A stretch of DNA of 64,000 nt from Amphiscolops sp. MND2022 (lineage: Eukaryota): assembly GCA_964187785.1 (NCBI GenBank), contig OZ076409.1:29700001-29764000 (forward strand), written 5' to 3'. How positions within the stretch are numbered: the stretch's first letter is position 1; the number at the start of each line of letters is the position of its first letter. The notes under the pieces are model-generated. The model saw only the letters and a program-made list of their open reading frames with translations, did no database searches and was not told where the DNA came from. Below, one piece after another: positions 12,900 to 26,334 of the stretch. A program made the translations under genes and the position numbers.

Positions 12900-13290
12900 C
12901 TGCGAAGCAGAAGGACGTGGGTTCGAGTCTCGCCATTGACCAAAACATTTTCTCAATTTTTTATTAGTTTTTTGACGTCTCCAAAGGGTCCCTCTTCAAT
13001 TTTCTGCAACAAAATGGATGTTCAAAAACTCCCAAAGGATCCCTTTTTACAATTTTTTGGCGTTATGTGACTTACAGGAGACTTCATAAAATAGTGTTCT
13101 CAAAATGTTTCCTCAATGGTTAGTTTTTCGAGGGGTTTTCTTGTCTCCAGTTGCAGAAGAAGTGATTTCCGAATCTTATGCGTATCCCTTGAGGTATAAT
13201 TTGGCACTGGAAAATTGATGAAATTTCAACAAAAGAGTACTATTGCATATGTAAAAAACTTTTTTGAATGTTGCCGGCTTGTTTAATCTT
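12900..13290 (+). repeat. Dispersed short non-coding repeat with tRNA-like B-box (SINE-like); relatives at 27430-27815, 35240-35487, 38440-38660, 57262-57698
   Basis: Shared gaagcag..cgtgggttcgagtc near the 5' end and ..ccggcttgtt / gccgacttg..cttgtt at the 3' end. Confidence 0.55.
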
Positions 13291-13299
13291 GCTTCGGTG

Positions 13300-13885
13300 T
13301 GTTATGTTGAAAGTATCACTTCGTTCAAAACAGTGCTCCATTGAAATGCTTCGACAACTTTGTGGAGTCAAATGTTGACACCAGAGGAGAAATGGAAGGG
13401 ATATCGAATTCGAATGAAGTAGCTAAGACAATGAAATTTGTTTGCTAAGGTTTGGCACACCTATCAATTTTGGGGTTGAAGCTCTGACACAGTTACAATG
13501 TTTTTATGTCTCGAAAACGTTAACGCAGCTAACATTAACTAGTTTAAAGCATTTGATTTTTCCAAGTAGCAACTGTACAAGATTGAACACCAGAAATCCA
13601 TAATTTTTGGGTTCTTCTTTGTGCATTATGCCAAAAAACACGTTTTTGTCAGTCAGTGTGTATTATTAAATCAAAGAGTAGACAGACTCACTATATCGCA
13701 ATAACTTAAGAAGTAAGACTGCATGATTGGATTCCATTGGAAATCAAAGAAGAGTGGTTATCTCCCGAAGATCTGATTGTACAGACACCTTAATTGTCAA
13801 GGCAACTAGCCAATTCTCTTCCTATACTTGCTGCTGCACGGAACACAGGGTTTATGAAGAGCGCCAACCTTTTATCTAAAAGTCA
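13300..13885 (+). pseudogene. Relic of protein-primed family B DNA polymerase (Polinton/Maverick-like)
   Basis: Decayed motifs PLKCFDNFVES..EVAKTMKFV, IEHQKSIIFGFFFVHYAK, VDRDSLY-like (DTDSLY) after frameshift, downstream TCC..H..E. Confidence 0.65.
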
Positions 13886-16785
13886 ACTAATTTGGGTCTT
13901 TCCAGTAATACAAACTGTTATTATGATTCTCACACTCAAGTTCGAGTTTCGCAGCAAACTGATGAACAAAAGAACACACAAGAACATTGTAGGCGGTCCA
14001 GTGTTTAAAAATAAAAGACATGTCGAACCAACAGTTGGAGAGAAGGAGGAAACTTGGGGATTCGACCAGAAGACGAATCTCAATTTCTTTTGCGTGCTGG
14101 CAGAGGGCGAAATTACACTTCCCGAAAAATACAGAGAGGAAGGAAACAACCGGTACGTGTTGTTAGAGAAATCCCTCACTGCCCTAGCGGAGCCGCATTT
14201 TTAAGGTCGAACGGTGCTTTGTTCATACATGGCAAATAAGAGTCGTCTAAGAATTGTTTGTAGATTTTGTCAGAAACCACAGTGCTAGGCTCACATGTTG
14301 ACATGGCAACTGCTGATACAGTATGTTTTTTTGGCAGAGACGAAATGCTTGCAAATATCGATACCGTATTTTTCATCATTCTGCTTCTGAGATTTCCGAC
14401 ATCCAATCCAGTGCTCAACACTGCTGAATACGCAAAATCCTGTTGAAAAGCTGAAAAAGTTGAAAAAGTTGAAAATTGTCTGGGAGTATGACTCGTTTCG
14501 TTAGTCCATCAGTGAATGATCTGATGGGAAGAAATTCGATGGAATTCATGTTCGTTAGTTTGAAAGAAATTCGTGAATCAACAAAAAGTGTTATCACAGC
14601 AGGGTAATGCCTTGCCTTGTTTAACCGAACTCTCACGTACCTTCCAAGGTGTCTCTTTTGTAAAATTTGTGTTGGTTAGGAATATATCGAAATTCTTGAG
14701 TCCGTTACTTGTACTTCAAGTTTTGACCATATACTTTGAAATACCATTGCTTATATTGGCCTGAATTGTGTATATTGATGTACAATTTGTTCAATTTGAA
14801 CGGCGTATTGTTCAAATAGGTGCCAGAAGGTATGTTTCAGAAAACGACAATGAATTCCGAAACTGCAATGGAGCCCAATTTATCTTTTAACAAAACGGCC
14901 GTATAAGGATTAATACAAAACTTGAGAATCAACATACTGAATAAAATTATTAGGATTGGTTTTGTGCATTTAAATGCAGTTTAACAACTCCAACGTAGAT
15001 GTGAGCTGTATTCTGCTTCGTATTATTTCTCTCCCGAGCTATTTCATGGTTTATAACCTATATCCTCGCTTGGTTTCAAAACATTCACAAGAAAGACAAG
15101 AAATGGTGAAAGTTCAATCAAGTACAAAACTATTTTCAGTGCATTCCCTTATTGAAAAGAGCGGAGTCCTGGTAAAATTTTGACGAAAAAGAAGCGACCG
15201 CGTACAATAGTGAAACCGTTTGCATAGTGTCATGGCCCGCTCCCAGCCTCAGCCGATGCACAACTTGCCAGAAAGGAATTCATAAGTTCGCAAGTAACAG
15301 AACCCAGGAAAGAAATTAATTCTTCTTCTTCACCCTGGAAAGAAACATTGAAAACAACATCTAAACCGGTAACCCCTACGGAGTTCAAATCTGAAATGAA
15401 ACAATCTCGCGAATAGGTCCAGTGAATTGTATTAGAGTAATAAAATAGTTGTCAAGGCTCACCGGAACTACAGTCCTGTAATTTAAGCAAATAATCACAA
15501 CGTAATAGCCACGCCGCGCGATAGGTTTGCTATTCTATATTGCCAATCTAACGGACCAATAGCGTCGCTTTTTGACTGAAGTATTTGCGGTCATGCCAAT
15601 CAGAACGATTTTATGACGTCACTAGCTAAAGAATTAAAATTATGCTCCACTGCTTGGCGAAATCCCTTCGTCAACCGCTTTCCAGCTATAGCTAATCTTA
15701 ATACACACGGGGACACTACAAAGCGATTGTACTATTGTGGCTGCGGAAATGAGAGCTCAGAGGCGGTTCAAAAGGAAGTTTTCATGAGAAATTCATATAT
15801 ATTTAAGGTTTTAGTTGGGTTCCTAATTGATAAATCCTGTACTGTAAGATGAGCCGTGAAACTATTGCTTGCTTTTTTGTCTGAAAATTAAGTCTCCTTT
15901 TCATCTCAAATGCCATAATCATACATGAAAAATTGTTTTCTTACAAAGCTCAGAACTACAGATGAACATTGCAACATGCCTTCAATCTGACACAATAGGT
16001 AATCAGAACTGCAACGTAAGGGCATTGTTGTGTGAATGGATGTTTTCCCTTTTGAATACAACCTTGTAATGACGTTTTCGTCAAAGTGTTCTAGGATGAT
16101 GAAATTGTCTTCATCGAATGCCAACTGGAGCAACACCATGTCTATGCAAATAATCGGTGCTTTGAATTAGTATTTCTTAAAGTGTGAAGTTTTCTATAGG
16201 GAAAGTTTCCGAGTTCAACCAAAAATAATTGGAATGTGTTATTCCAGCATCTTTTATTGCTCTTCATCAATAATTTAGTACTTTCAATTCTGAGTACTTT
16301 TGCTTCATTCTAGTTGCGTCACTATTTTTGCTAGACATACAATTGCATCGATCTTCCAAATTCCCAACTTGGAAATTGACTAATTGTTCATGCCGGTGTG
16401 CTCCCGTTGATGAAAAAGTTAAGTAGACTTTTATATTGCCGCCGTTTTGGAGTCCAAACAGGAAGTGTATTTGCCTGAACAAAATGATTTCCACAAAGAC
16501 CACGACTAAACGACGCGACTAGGATTTTCGATACCTGAAGTTTAGACGCCGGACTGAAATATTATAAGTCAATTGGGGTTATGTATGAACAAACCCAAAT
16601 TTTATGATACCTTGGAATTTTTAGGTGAGGAACCAAAGAAGCTAGAAAAGTATATATATGTAAAACTATGTAGAACTTGCCCTTAATCGTTTAGCGTTCA
16701 CACATATCGTTAGTCAGACGTTGAAACCAAACTATTTTCCTTTGAAGATTTTAATCTTTCAAAAGACCTTTCCTTCATTTGAAAA

Positions 16786-19700
16786 ATGACAACTAGAAAA
16801 TAAATGAGGAAAGCAGTTGAAGAGCTAGCTTCTCGGAGCCTAGAAACTCCCATAACTGAGAATAGCCAAGTCAAAACCCTCGAGTAAATCACATAGATCC
16901 GAGTAGCAAGTCTGAGTGAATCACCTACAGTTCACCCTGAAACTCTAGACGAGATCAAAAAACCTCTCAGAAAATAAGTCACGTCCGAACTCACTAAAAT
17001 TCTGGCTGGGAACCAAAAGAAATGCTAAAGTTGATGGTACCAGTTACTAAACAATCTAACAATCACCAGAAAACAGAATGCTTCGAATTGGAGACGGGGA
17101 AGGTTTTTCCTACAACTACATCAACAACGATAAAAAGATAAAGCGACTACTCAAAATAATAATCCGCAAACTAGTCGTAACATGGAGCCAGGAGTCCTCA
17201 GCGACTCTAAGAAATTGAGTACCAAAAAACGAAAACCAAAATGCCTGACGAGCCAACAAGCTAAGGACCGAGCAACAACGTCAATCAATTGTTCTGCCGA
17301 AAGCTCTAACAGTATCACTACGTGTCTTCTATGGTAAGTCTGGAAATTTTAGATTGTTTGAGGTCTTATTCAGAAATAACATCGAAATGTATCCTCCCCT
17401 CACTGAAATACAGAAAAGAAACTATTTTCACACGCTACTTCGAGGAAACATGCTCTAAGCGTATTGCAACTTGGATTACGCGAAAAAAAAATTGAAAAAA
17501 TAATAACGGCGTTCAAACAACGCTTTGGGGACTTCTAATCCACTGTCAAAGCAAGATGTGAGTGGAACGCGCTCCACTTTGATCCAATGAAACAAAAACC
17601 ACACCAGACCAGTTCCTAGACGCACTACAAAAAACCGCAAGAGAAGCGTTCGGACCAGGGGCGCTAAAATTCATAGTCAAAGCGATTCACGCGAATACGA
17701 TGGATCACGTCAAGACAATCCTCAACTGCATGTACCTCGGAGACAAACAATTTAACGACATTGTACTGCATTTGGAACAAGATAACTCGGATTGGGTGCG
17801 CCAGAAAAAACCACATTGGTACCGCTGAACGCTGTTGACACAAACTCGCGTAAAAAAGAGCCAAAACCAAAGAGGCTAATGTTTCCACTGTGACCGATAC
17901 GGTAACTTTTAAGCCCAATGGCGCAAATTTAGAAAAGATCGATGTCTTAAGACCAGAGCCAAAATTGGCGACGAAAACTCGGCTGAAATCCAGAAGCCCC
18001 AATGCGACATTGGTGAGAAAACTCAGAAAACAGAAAACTGCAGGGACGGAGCAAATGACCCCAGGAAAAAGAAACGACACTTCGCAATCCCGACACACAA
18101 AAGTAGAGAAAACCCTCTGCTCAAAACTGAAACTCAGAATAAAAAAACGCCGCATGTACGCTTCAGGGAAAGAGTAGACGCAAGGGCATACACAATCGAA
18201 GACCCCTCAAATCACTTCAGATAAGACTTCATTACTGAGTGCAATGAAAATCCTAGACATTAGAACGTCCGAACAATTTTGCGCACCAACGCGAGACATC
18301 AAAACAATCCAAAACAGCTCTCTGAATGGATAAACGAATCCCTTAATACCTACACGACTATAAACGCCTCCTGTCGGAATCCAAAACAGACAGAATTTAT
18401 GCCTATGACGTAGATTACCGATGCAATCCCTGGGACGAACCAGAATCTACGATAGCGAGTCCCTCTTGTTCAAAATCCACAACCAAAAACCCTCGAAGCC
18501 AAACGAAGTAAAAACAAAAATACCACAACCTCCGTCACGAATCCTGAAGAAGTCGAGAGCACACCCGATCAATTCCGCCATAACCTCGTCAACCTCAATA
18601 AACATAACGGAAATAGTCTACGTGGAAGACGAATCACCATCATTACACAAACCAGAGGAACGAACTACTGATATCTTCTCTCCTCCTCCACCTCAAACCG
18701 CACCTGTTACTCAACACTCTACCAACAATGATGATGACACATCGGAAAAAAAACCAACTCATCTACCACACGACCTAGACGCCATGAAAAAATTCATCCA
18801 ACACGACAAAGAAGACGTCTAATTTCCGTTGTTGTCAGCTATCACTCAATCAAAACCAAAGCCAAAATCGAAGTGTTAATAGACTCAGTGCGTACATCAA
18901 TGCCATTTGCAAAAGGGATACAGGAAAAATAAGGCATGAGGCCCAACACAATCCGAACGGAGAGCAAACACACAATACCGATGCAATCCACCCGGATCAT
19001 CCACTCGTCAATGTCTGTGACCAATGAGCACCCAATAACTTATTGTAGCCCACAGCCAGAGATAAACGGGTCGCCATCAAAATAGCCAATACCACAGATT
19101 TACTTCATACAGTAACACCAAACACCAAGTTGGCTGAGCTTCACATCTTCAAGCCTTACGTAACGAAATCTATACGACCAGTCGACATAACAGCACTAAA
19201 CCTACTAACCAATCATGACGACGTTGTAACGTATGTCAACGCACTCATGCAAGTCCGGAAGACAATCAAGAAAAGCTCTGGTTCCCAACCCCCGAAATCC
19301 CTGGCAATGAATCCAAACACTCTCCGATACAACAACGGAACCTCAAGGAATTACGAGCACTGGCTGGACTGGAAAAACTTCATGCCAAAGAGAACAAAAA
19401 ATCACACACCGAATTTCTATCCATCTTCAAGTGGAGCGATTTTTTTATTCACTGGAGGAGACCGTGGGAACCTTGAATCCATTTTAGTCGATTTCAACGA
19501 CATCATCGAACGACACCGACTAGACATCAGAATGAACACTCAATTCAAAGTCAGCTTAACGACAAAAGATGACAAACCCGTCTACATCCAAAGTTTACCA
19601 GTCCCGATCAATCTCAAAACAGATCTGACAGTAGAACTAGCACCGGTACGAATCCTTACCATGCTTTTTATCTCCACGCGCAACGCAAACCTGACGAAAA

Positions 19701-21780
19701 TTGAGGCTACTGGTGGATCTACGGAAGTCATTGCACTCATCTTGGATGACAACGTTAACAACAACCACTCCATCAGCACCCTCTCAGATGCAGCTCAACC
19801 CCTAGCAAGAAAAAAAACTGTTTTTTAACTTGACCGATTTGAAGCAAATCACTTCCTTCAAATGGCAGATCGGAAATCAGTAGAACTCTTCGCTTTTAAT
19901 TTTGCTAAAAGGACGTTCGCCTTCCGCCGACTAGCCAAACCACTCAGCAGGGCCTTGTCTTCATCCTCAAGTTTCATGCGAGAATACCTGAACAAAGTTT
20001 TTCAAACAGACAAGTGCGACCAATACGTCGACGAGATTGGGATAGCTGCAAACCAGCGGAGCTATTGATAAGGAAAATCCGAGCAGTCTTCAAATGCATC
20101 AGAAAAGCTGGTCTAAAACTGAGCCTTGGAAAATGCTACTTTGGCGTAACCCAGGTCACATTCCTTGGCCGAAAAATCACCGCTAACGGATTAGTACCGC
20201 AGGCTCATGAAATCACAAAGTTTCTGTCAAAAGTTCGATTTCAAAGTCAACAAGCAAGTACAGAAATACATCGGCTCTGTGATCTACTACAGAAACTACA
20301 TACCAGAAAAGCTAATCGGAATGTACAAACTCCTGAAAACCTATGCGATAATCAGCATCTCCGAAGAATCATTGGAAAACTTCAAAGCAATCAACGCTAG
20401 CCTAGCGGAAGCCTGTGGACTCGCACCACCACGACCAGGACACAAGTTTTTGTGCATCGCGATACGCATCGATGATACAAGAAAACAACGAACTGAAAAT
20501 ATTGTCAAAGCGGAAGACATTCGCCCCAGTAGCATTTGGATCACGTATCTTCTCACCTTACCAACTGAATTTGTCAATATACTGCAAAAATTACCTTTCA
20601 AAATGTCACGCTTTCCTTGGAAACAGCCATATTCTATAGCAAACTACCATACCAACCCTAGTAAAGACACACAAGAGATCTTTAACGAGATTGTTTCAAA
20701 CAAAAACCACACCCATCTGCTTTGTGAAACGCCTGCTACTGCGTCTTGCAGTTCAAACTTCACATTTATGCCAGTAGCAGGCTCGCAATTACAGCAGCGG
20801 AATTTTGGTCCAGAGTGGAACTAACTCCAGAGGAAAAAGTGCAACTAAAACTATGTGACGATATACTAACAGCACCAGTAGAAGTCAACCTTCAACCAAC
20901 AGATGTCGCATATTAGGATCAGTTCCTCTTTTTCTCAAACGAGGAAGGAGAATTAGAACGAGAATTTTTTTCCAGAAAAGAACGCAGTAAACGAAAGCGG
21001 GCAACACGTTTTGTTAACCAAGGTAATCGAAGTAATCAAAAGACCACTCAAAACTGCAGTCTCCTCGTTTGGTGCAATTAAAGAAAACGCGCGCATCAGG
21101 ACTGAACAAGATGCGGACCATCTCCTCAAAGCATTGATACTATGAATACTCCACGAAGAATATGGAAGAATATGACAAACACCTACTCAAAACCGAACCG
21201 AGAAGAAACCTCTTACGTCACGAAGAGAGAGTTATCATGAAAGATGGAGTTTCACTGAGGAAACAAAACAGCAAAAACTGAAATGTAACGAATCGCCATA
21301 TATTAATGCCGAAACGTATAGTCCCAGAACTCTCATCTAATCTGCATGGAAAAACAATAAAACACCCTGTAACAACAAAAATTATACAAGAATGCAGAAC
21401 GAAACACTACTTCCCGGCAAGAACGCAACTGCAACCCCTCTGAAAATAAAGGATTATTGCCACGTTCTCAATCCGAAAGCAGACAATCAACTAATGAATT
21501 TTGCATCCAATCGATATTGGGCGCCCAATCATCGATTACCTGACGTAACAGTCAGACCGGAAAATCACCTTCCAGATCCTGAGATTAAAACAACTCATGA
21601 CAATTGGTACGCGCATGCTTGGGAAGTCGAATTCGGAGAAGTTGTGGTCAGAGCATCAACGGAAGAGCAGCAAAAGGAAGCCACAATCACAGAAATTGAA
21701 GACAACGCTGACGCTACAACGGAAAGCGAGATGGAGATAAAACTTCCTCCGACAACAAAACGTCGTTCAACCTAGTCTGA
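16786..21780 (+). mobile_element. Decayed Ty3/Gypsy element C: LTR 3' end at 17182, PBS-like 17183, gag-PR-RT-RH-partial IN
   Basis: ..gtcgtaaCA|TGGagccagg; gag (LFRNNIEMYPPLTEIQKRNYFHTLLRG); protease VLIDS.AYINAI (~18875); RT HRLDIRMNTQFKVSL, FAFNFAKRTFAFRRLA, QYVDEIGI, KCYFGVTQVTFLGRKI; RNase H FAPVAFGSRIFSP; integrase core deleted. Confidence 0.9.
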
Positions 21781-21962
21781 GTAACTACGGCAGACCTTCG
21801 TCAAACTCAAATCTGAACAAAAACAAACGGCTAACAAAACTGAACCGAAACGGCAACGTCATTTGTTTCTGTTTCTCTTCTATTCAGACAACTAAACTAC
21901 CATAATAATAAAAATCGAAACCACAAATAGCACAGATGAAAAAATAACTAACTAAATGCAGC

Positions 21963-24900
21963 TCAAGAATGGTTCCGAACAACAGAACCCAGAGATAAAA
22001 CTTCATCATCATCAATATACAAAACTGAAATAAGCCTCACGATCGGCATCCTTCCATTTTTTTGGCGTCGTCTTCGAAGTACTGTCATCCCTACCTTTCC
22101 GTGTCTCAGCCGTCGAAGACGAGGCCTTGGTCTTCGCCACTTCAGCATCGTCCATCTTCTGTTTAACAACAGCACTCAGAGAACTAGTACTGCCGACAAC
22201 ACTCGGGCGCTGATCAGTCTGAGTTTGACTTTTAGCGCGGTTGAACTCGACATAACAATCCTGGCATGCTTTACGTCGCTGAGCTAAGAAGTTGACTCAG
22301 CAAATTCACTGAACAGGTTGATGTTCGTTCATCGCCACGGAGAACACACAGGTGTCTCCAATTGCTTCCCGCATCCAGAATTGGAGCCGTGAAAAATGCT
22401 TGATGCGTATATCCGAACTCATCACGTAAGTCTGCCCCGAACGAACACAACTGTCGAAATCTTCCTGCTCAAGAACACAACCAGACAAATCCAGAGACAC
22501 ACGTGGAAAATCGTTTCGAGCAGACGCAATTACAATGCAGCACAACTTGATTACTCGCAGAACAAGATGGCCCGACTGGGAAGCAAAATTGCCAAAGAGG
22601 AAATTCATCATGTTTGTAATTGTACTGGCAACACGATCGCTATCAACGCGTTGGCGACGTTTCTCGACGACATAACTGGTATATTCTTCAACTGCAGCTT
22701 TGGATACTTCTAACGGGACCACGCCGCAATCAACAAACAATTTACTTACAGATGTCAGAAAACAATACACACACGCCGCTGGTGTCCCTCTCCGAGAAGA
22801 TTTCAGCACAGAAACCAAATAATTCACGAGATATGCACGAGATTACCCTCCCATGAGTCACGATCTCATCAACAATGTGATCCATGAAGGTTTTAGAGCC
22901 GATGAGGAAATCACGGAACTCACTCGTCTTTCCTTCTAGAAGAGCTTTGTCGCAATCGTAATTGAAGAGCAAGGAATCAAGGGGTGCCAATGGATAGCGA
23001 TCAACTTTACCTGGGTCCATATACTCTTCCCATTGGTGAAAACTTGGCAATCCCTCAAGAGCACAAGTTTTAAGCAAGAAACAATACACGAAGTTGCAAA
23101 TCTCTCCGTAGCAACCGAAATCGTAATCATCATGGTGTTGACGAAATTCCCCAATATTGAGATGAACTGAAACACAACGTACCTTTTCCGTTATGACACA
23201 TCAGGAAAAGACGCGCACAGTGATCGCGAAAACTGAAATTATACAAAAAAGAGCACTTACATGTATCAAATATCACCTGTAAGAGTCCGAACATATGAAC
23301 AAGCAACTTATCGGCAATAACGTTCCAATCCGTTGCGCGCAACTAATACAAATGACAAAAAAATTTTGGTAACCAATAGAAAGGACTAAAAAACACCACT
23401 AACGCTATCAACTTTATCTTTCAGGTGTGGCAGTCCAGTGTATCGAACATGGGGGGTATTAAGGGCCAAAGGTCAATAAGGTCGCTCACTAAATTCCGCA
23501 AATCACTGAAGCTCACGGAGCCTTGCCTCATGCATTTACAGAGAAGCGGCTTCGCGTCCATCCAGTACTCATACAACTCGCACCTCAATCGTTGTACAAT
23601 GTATTCCACAAGCGTCACGAACTCCACCATATCGAAAATGTTTTGATTTGCACGAAGAAAACACTCTGGGAAAACACCTTCAGTGAACTGTTGGTGCACA
23701 ATGAACCGTCGCCAATCAACTCTAGACTCGCCTAACACCCGCAGCAAGGACGACTCGCCTCACGATCAATTAAAAGCAATTGCTGTGAATCGAAACGATT
23801 TTTCATCCGAGCCGTTCTGGAACCACCTCTGCGTCATGAGGTGACTGCTCAATACTCTGAGCTCAAGACTCTGAACGCCCATACACACCTTTTTGTCGTC
23901 CTCCCAGTAAATCACATAGCGGAACTCCTCTTCCGTACTCTTTTCGAACTGCATGGCATACTCTTTAAACACTGCATTGCTGCTGAACAGCAAATAGCGT
24001 ACTCGCGGCGCATGTCTTCGACACAGGAAAGACTAAAACAAAAACACCCTGAATTACGACAACAAAATGCAAATTTGAGTATATCCAAAAGAAAACTATC
24101 CTAGGTTTATTCAAAACTTCAGGGGAAAAAGAAAAAACACAACAAACACTAACCACAGTCTCCGGGCGACTCCGATGAATTGCAAACTTGGGTTCACGTG
24201 CACCCAGTGATTAGCACCACACAACCGCCGGAGCAACGTAAAATCCCCGTCACTTCGCAGGAGGTCACACAAGCTTGACACAAGTGTCATGGAGGGTCAC
24301 ATGGGGGTTCCACTCGTGCATCTCTCGGTACCAAGTTCTCGGGAAAATGAAAGCCATCACTCCACAAACGGACGGAAACGGAAATCCGCTAGCTGCTGGA
24401 CAGAGAGTGTCATCGGTTCCATCAGTCTGTTGTAAACCGGAAGGCCAATATGATTCCGAGACGTAACTTCCCGGTACCAGTGACCATCTGAGTAATAGTG
24501 CCCACAGAATTCCCCGGAACATTGCGCCTTCATGGCGACGTCCCTCTTACACACTTTACAATCGAAGTGTGTCTCACGTCCGCACTCCGGGCCTCCAACT
24601 AAATCGGCAAACAAAAGATTCAAACCCAGCCTGCGTTTAGACAGCATATTGCTACTTCTGTACTTCTCTGTCCTCTTTTTGCCCATATTGTCTCTAACGT
24701 TCTCGCTTAGCTCGTTTAAACATACAACACAAAACATATTCAGAAACACCGAAGGGACCGGGAAACAACCAAAGACCCACCCAGTAACCCCAACCCAAAG
24801 ACCCCACACAGAACAGCACATGGTTACTAGGACAAACCCACAAAAAACTGAATAAAACATACCGCTGTGAACTGTATGCATTGTCCGGCTTTCAACTTCA

Positions 24901-25728
24901 TCAACTATGTGCCGACCCAGTGCCACCACGTTCTAAGAACTCAGCGGCACATCTCCCAAAACATTTGCGGTAACATCGAGGCCTAAATAAAAGACCAAGA
25001 AATGACACAAAAATACGCACAGAAACATAAAACCTACTCCCCTCTCTTATCAAAGATTACGAACACTCACTGCGAATATCATCAAGACTAAATTCAGTGC
25101 GCTCAGTTCTTGCAGCAGTTTCTTGTTGTTTGGGTGGCATTTTAGAACTGACAGAAACATTACGAAAAAGAACACCACACCTACTGGAACAAAACAACAA
25201 TGAAACAATAAACCAAAAACACCACTACGTTCATACTGACCCAAAGAAAGACAAACCTTTAATAGTCAACTTCTTCGTTTCACTGGCTGGAACAACCTTG
25301 TCTTTTTGAGGCTGTGAAACGCTAACAGCAGTAAGAGAGGTCGCAGCCACAACACTGAACCCGGGCACAGGTATTGACGTCTCGGGTTTGGCCGAAGCTG
25401 GTCGAATTGGAGAAGTAGAGCCCCCAGTAACGCAGCGAGTGGAACCTACAGGCAGAAGGGTAGGCACAGGAGGCAATTCCTCAGCATTAGATGAAGAAAA
25501 CACACCTGCAACAGCAACGGGCACAACACAAGAGCTACCAGGTTAAACTACTGAAAATCAAGAACCCGATTAAGACGCATGAGATAAACAAGTAAGACTA
25601 GAAGGCTGAAAACCAAAAACAGTTCTCTTACCCATGGAAATTGGAACAATTTTACAACCTGAAGCGGAGCAACCAACTTTGGTCGCCGAAGCAATAACTG
25701 GAGTTGTGAGTTCAAATTCTTTATCCAT
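21963..25728 (-). pseudogene. Multi-exon decayed gene with CxxC..H..H zinc finger, probably a divergent hAT-like transposase
   Basis: ATG 25728 (MDKEFELTTP), GT-AG introns (donors ~25632, 25236, 24862), FDCKVCKRDVAMKAQCSGEFCGHYYSDGHW, EYAMQFEKST..FRYVIYW (cf. hAT FSLQLDEST), VLRVIKLCCIV near the C-terminus (dimerisation-like). Confidence 0.4.
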
Positions 25729-26334
25729 CTTCAAACAGGAAAACACAACAGTCTGAATAAGAAAAAATATCAGAAAACTCGAGCAATATAGGAAATATCA
25801 TTTTGAAACTGTGACTTCATATTGGCGCAATGCTGTCAATAGAAATTGATGACGTCATAATGACGTAGCTGAAGTGAAAAGGAAGTATCGTTTCGTTTCG
25901 TTTCAGCAAATCACGGCCCAGACAGAAGCAAAACGCTTCCAAAATGAAAACGAACGGACATGGGAGGGAAAATTAGCCAAAAGGAAATCATCAAAAGCTA
26001 CGACAAACGGAGAATTGAATTCTCCAAAGGACGTTCAAACGATCAAAGAAAGAAGTTGCTTCAATTTTGAGAATTTCCCGCGTGAATCCTACAGAATGAA
26101 CGGAAATGTTTTCGTATTCGACATTTTTTCAGACTGAGAAGAAAACAATGCACAGAGCACTTCTATAAAACCGTTGCCACTAAACCTAATAAAAGCAATA
26201 AATCTGAGCGGATTATCCACGAGAGCCACGAAGTGCAGTGGAACGTGCCTGGACAGCTCAGTTTCTACCTCCATATCCGAACATTCTCCAAGGAAATTTG
26301 GCGTCGACACCTTTCTTCAACTACCGATTGGGAC

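Larger units (their letters stand above)
11806..17182 (+). repeat. Segmental direct repeat, copy 1 (copy 2 at 26335-31838)
   Basis: Starts attaggtcatcagtttctgaaaatag in both copies; near-identical to ~15050, visibly more diverged afterwards; both end at ..ctagtcgtaaca. Confidence 0.95.

Noticed and set aside
12905..12940. tRNA gene suggested by gggttcgagtc (also at 27445, 38455, 45390, 57280)
   Set aside because: Only a B-box/T-arm-like motif, no cloverleaf; part of a dispersed repeat
13794..14764. Overlapping short ORFs on both strands as a host gene
   Set aside because: No recognisable domain; similarity to 28322-29320 merely reflects recent duplication
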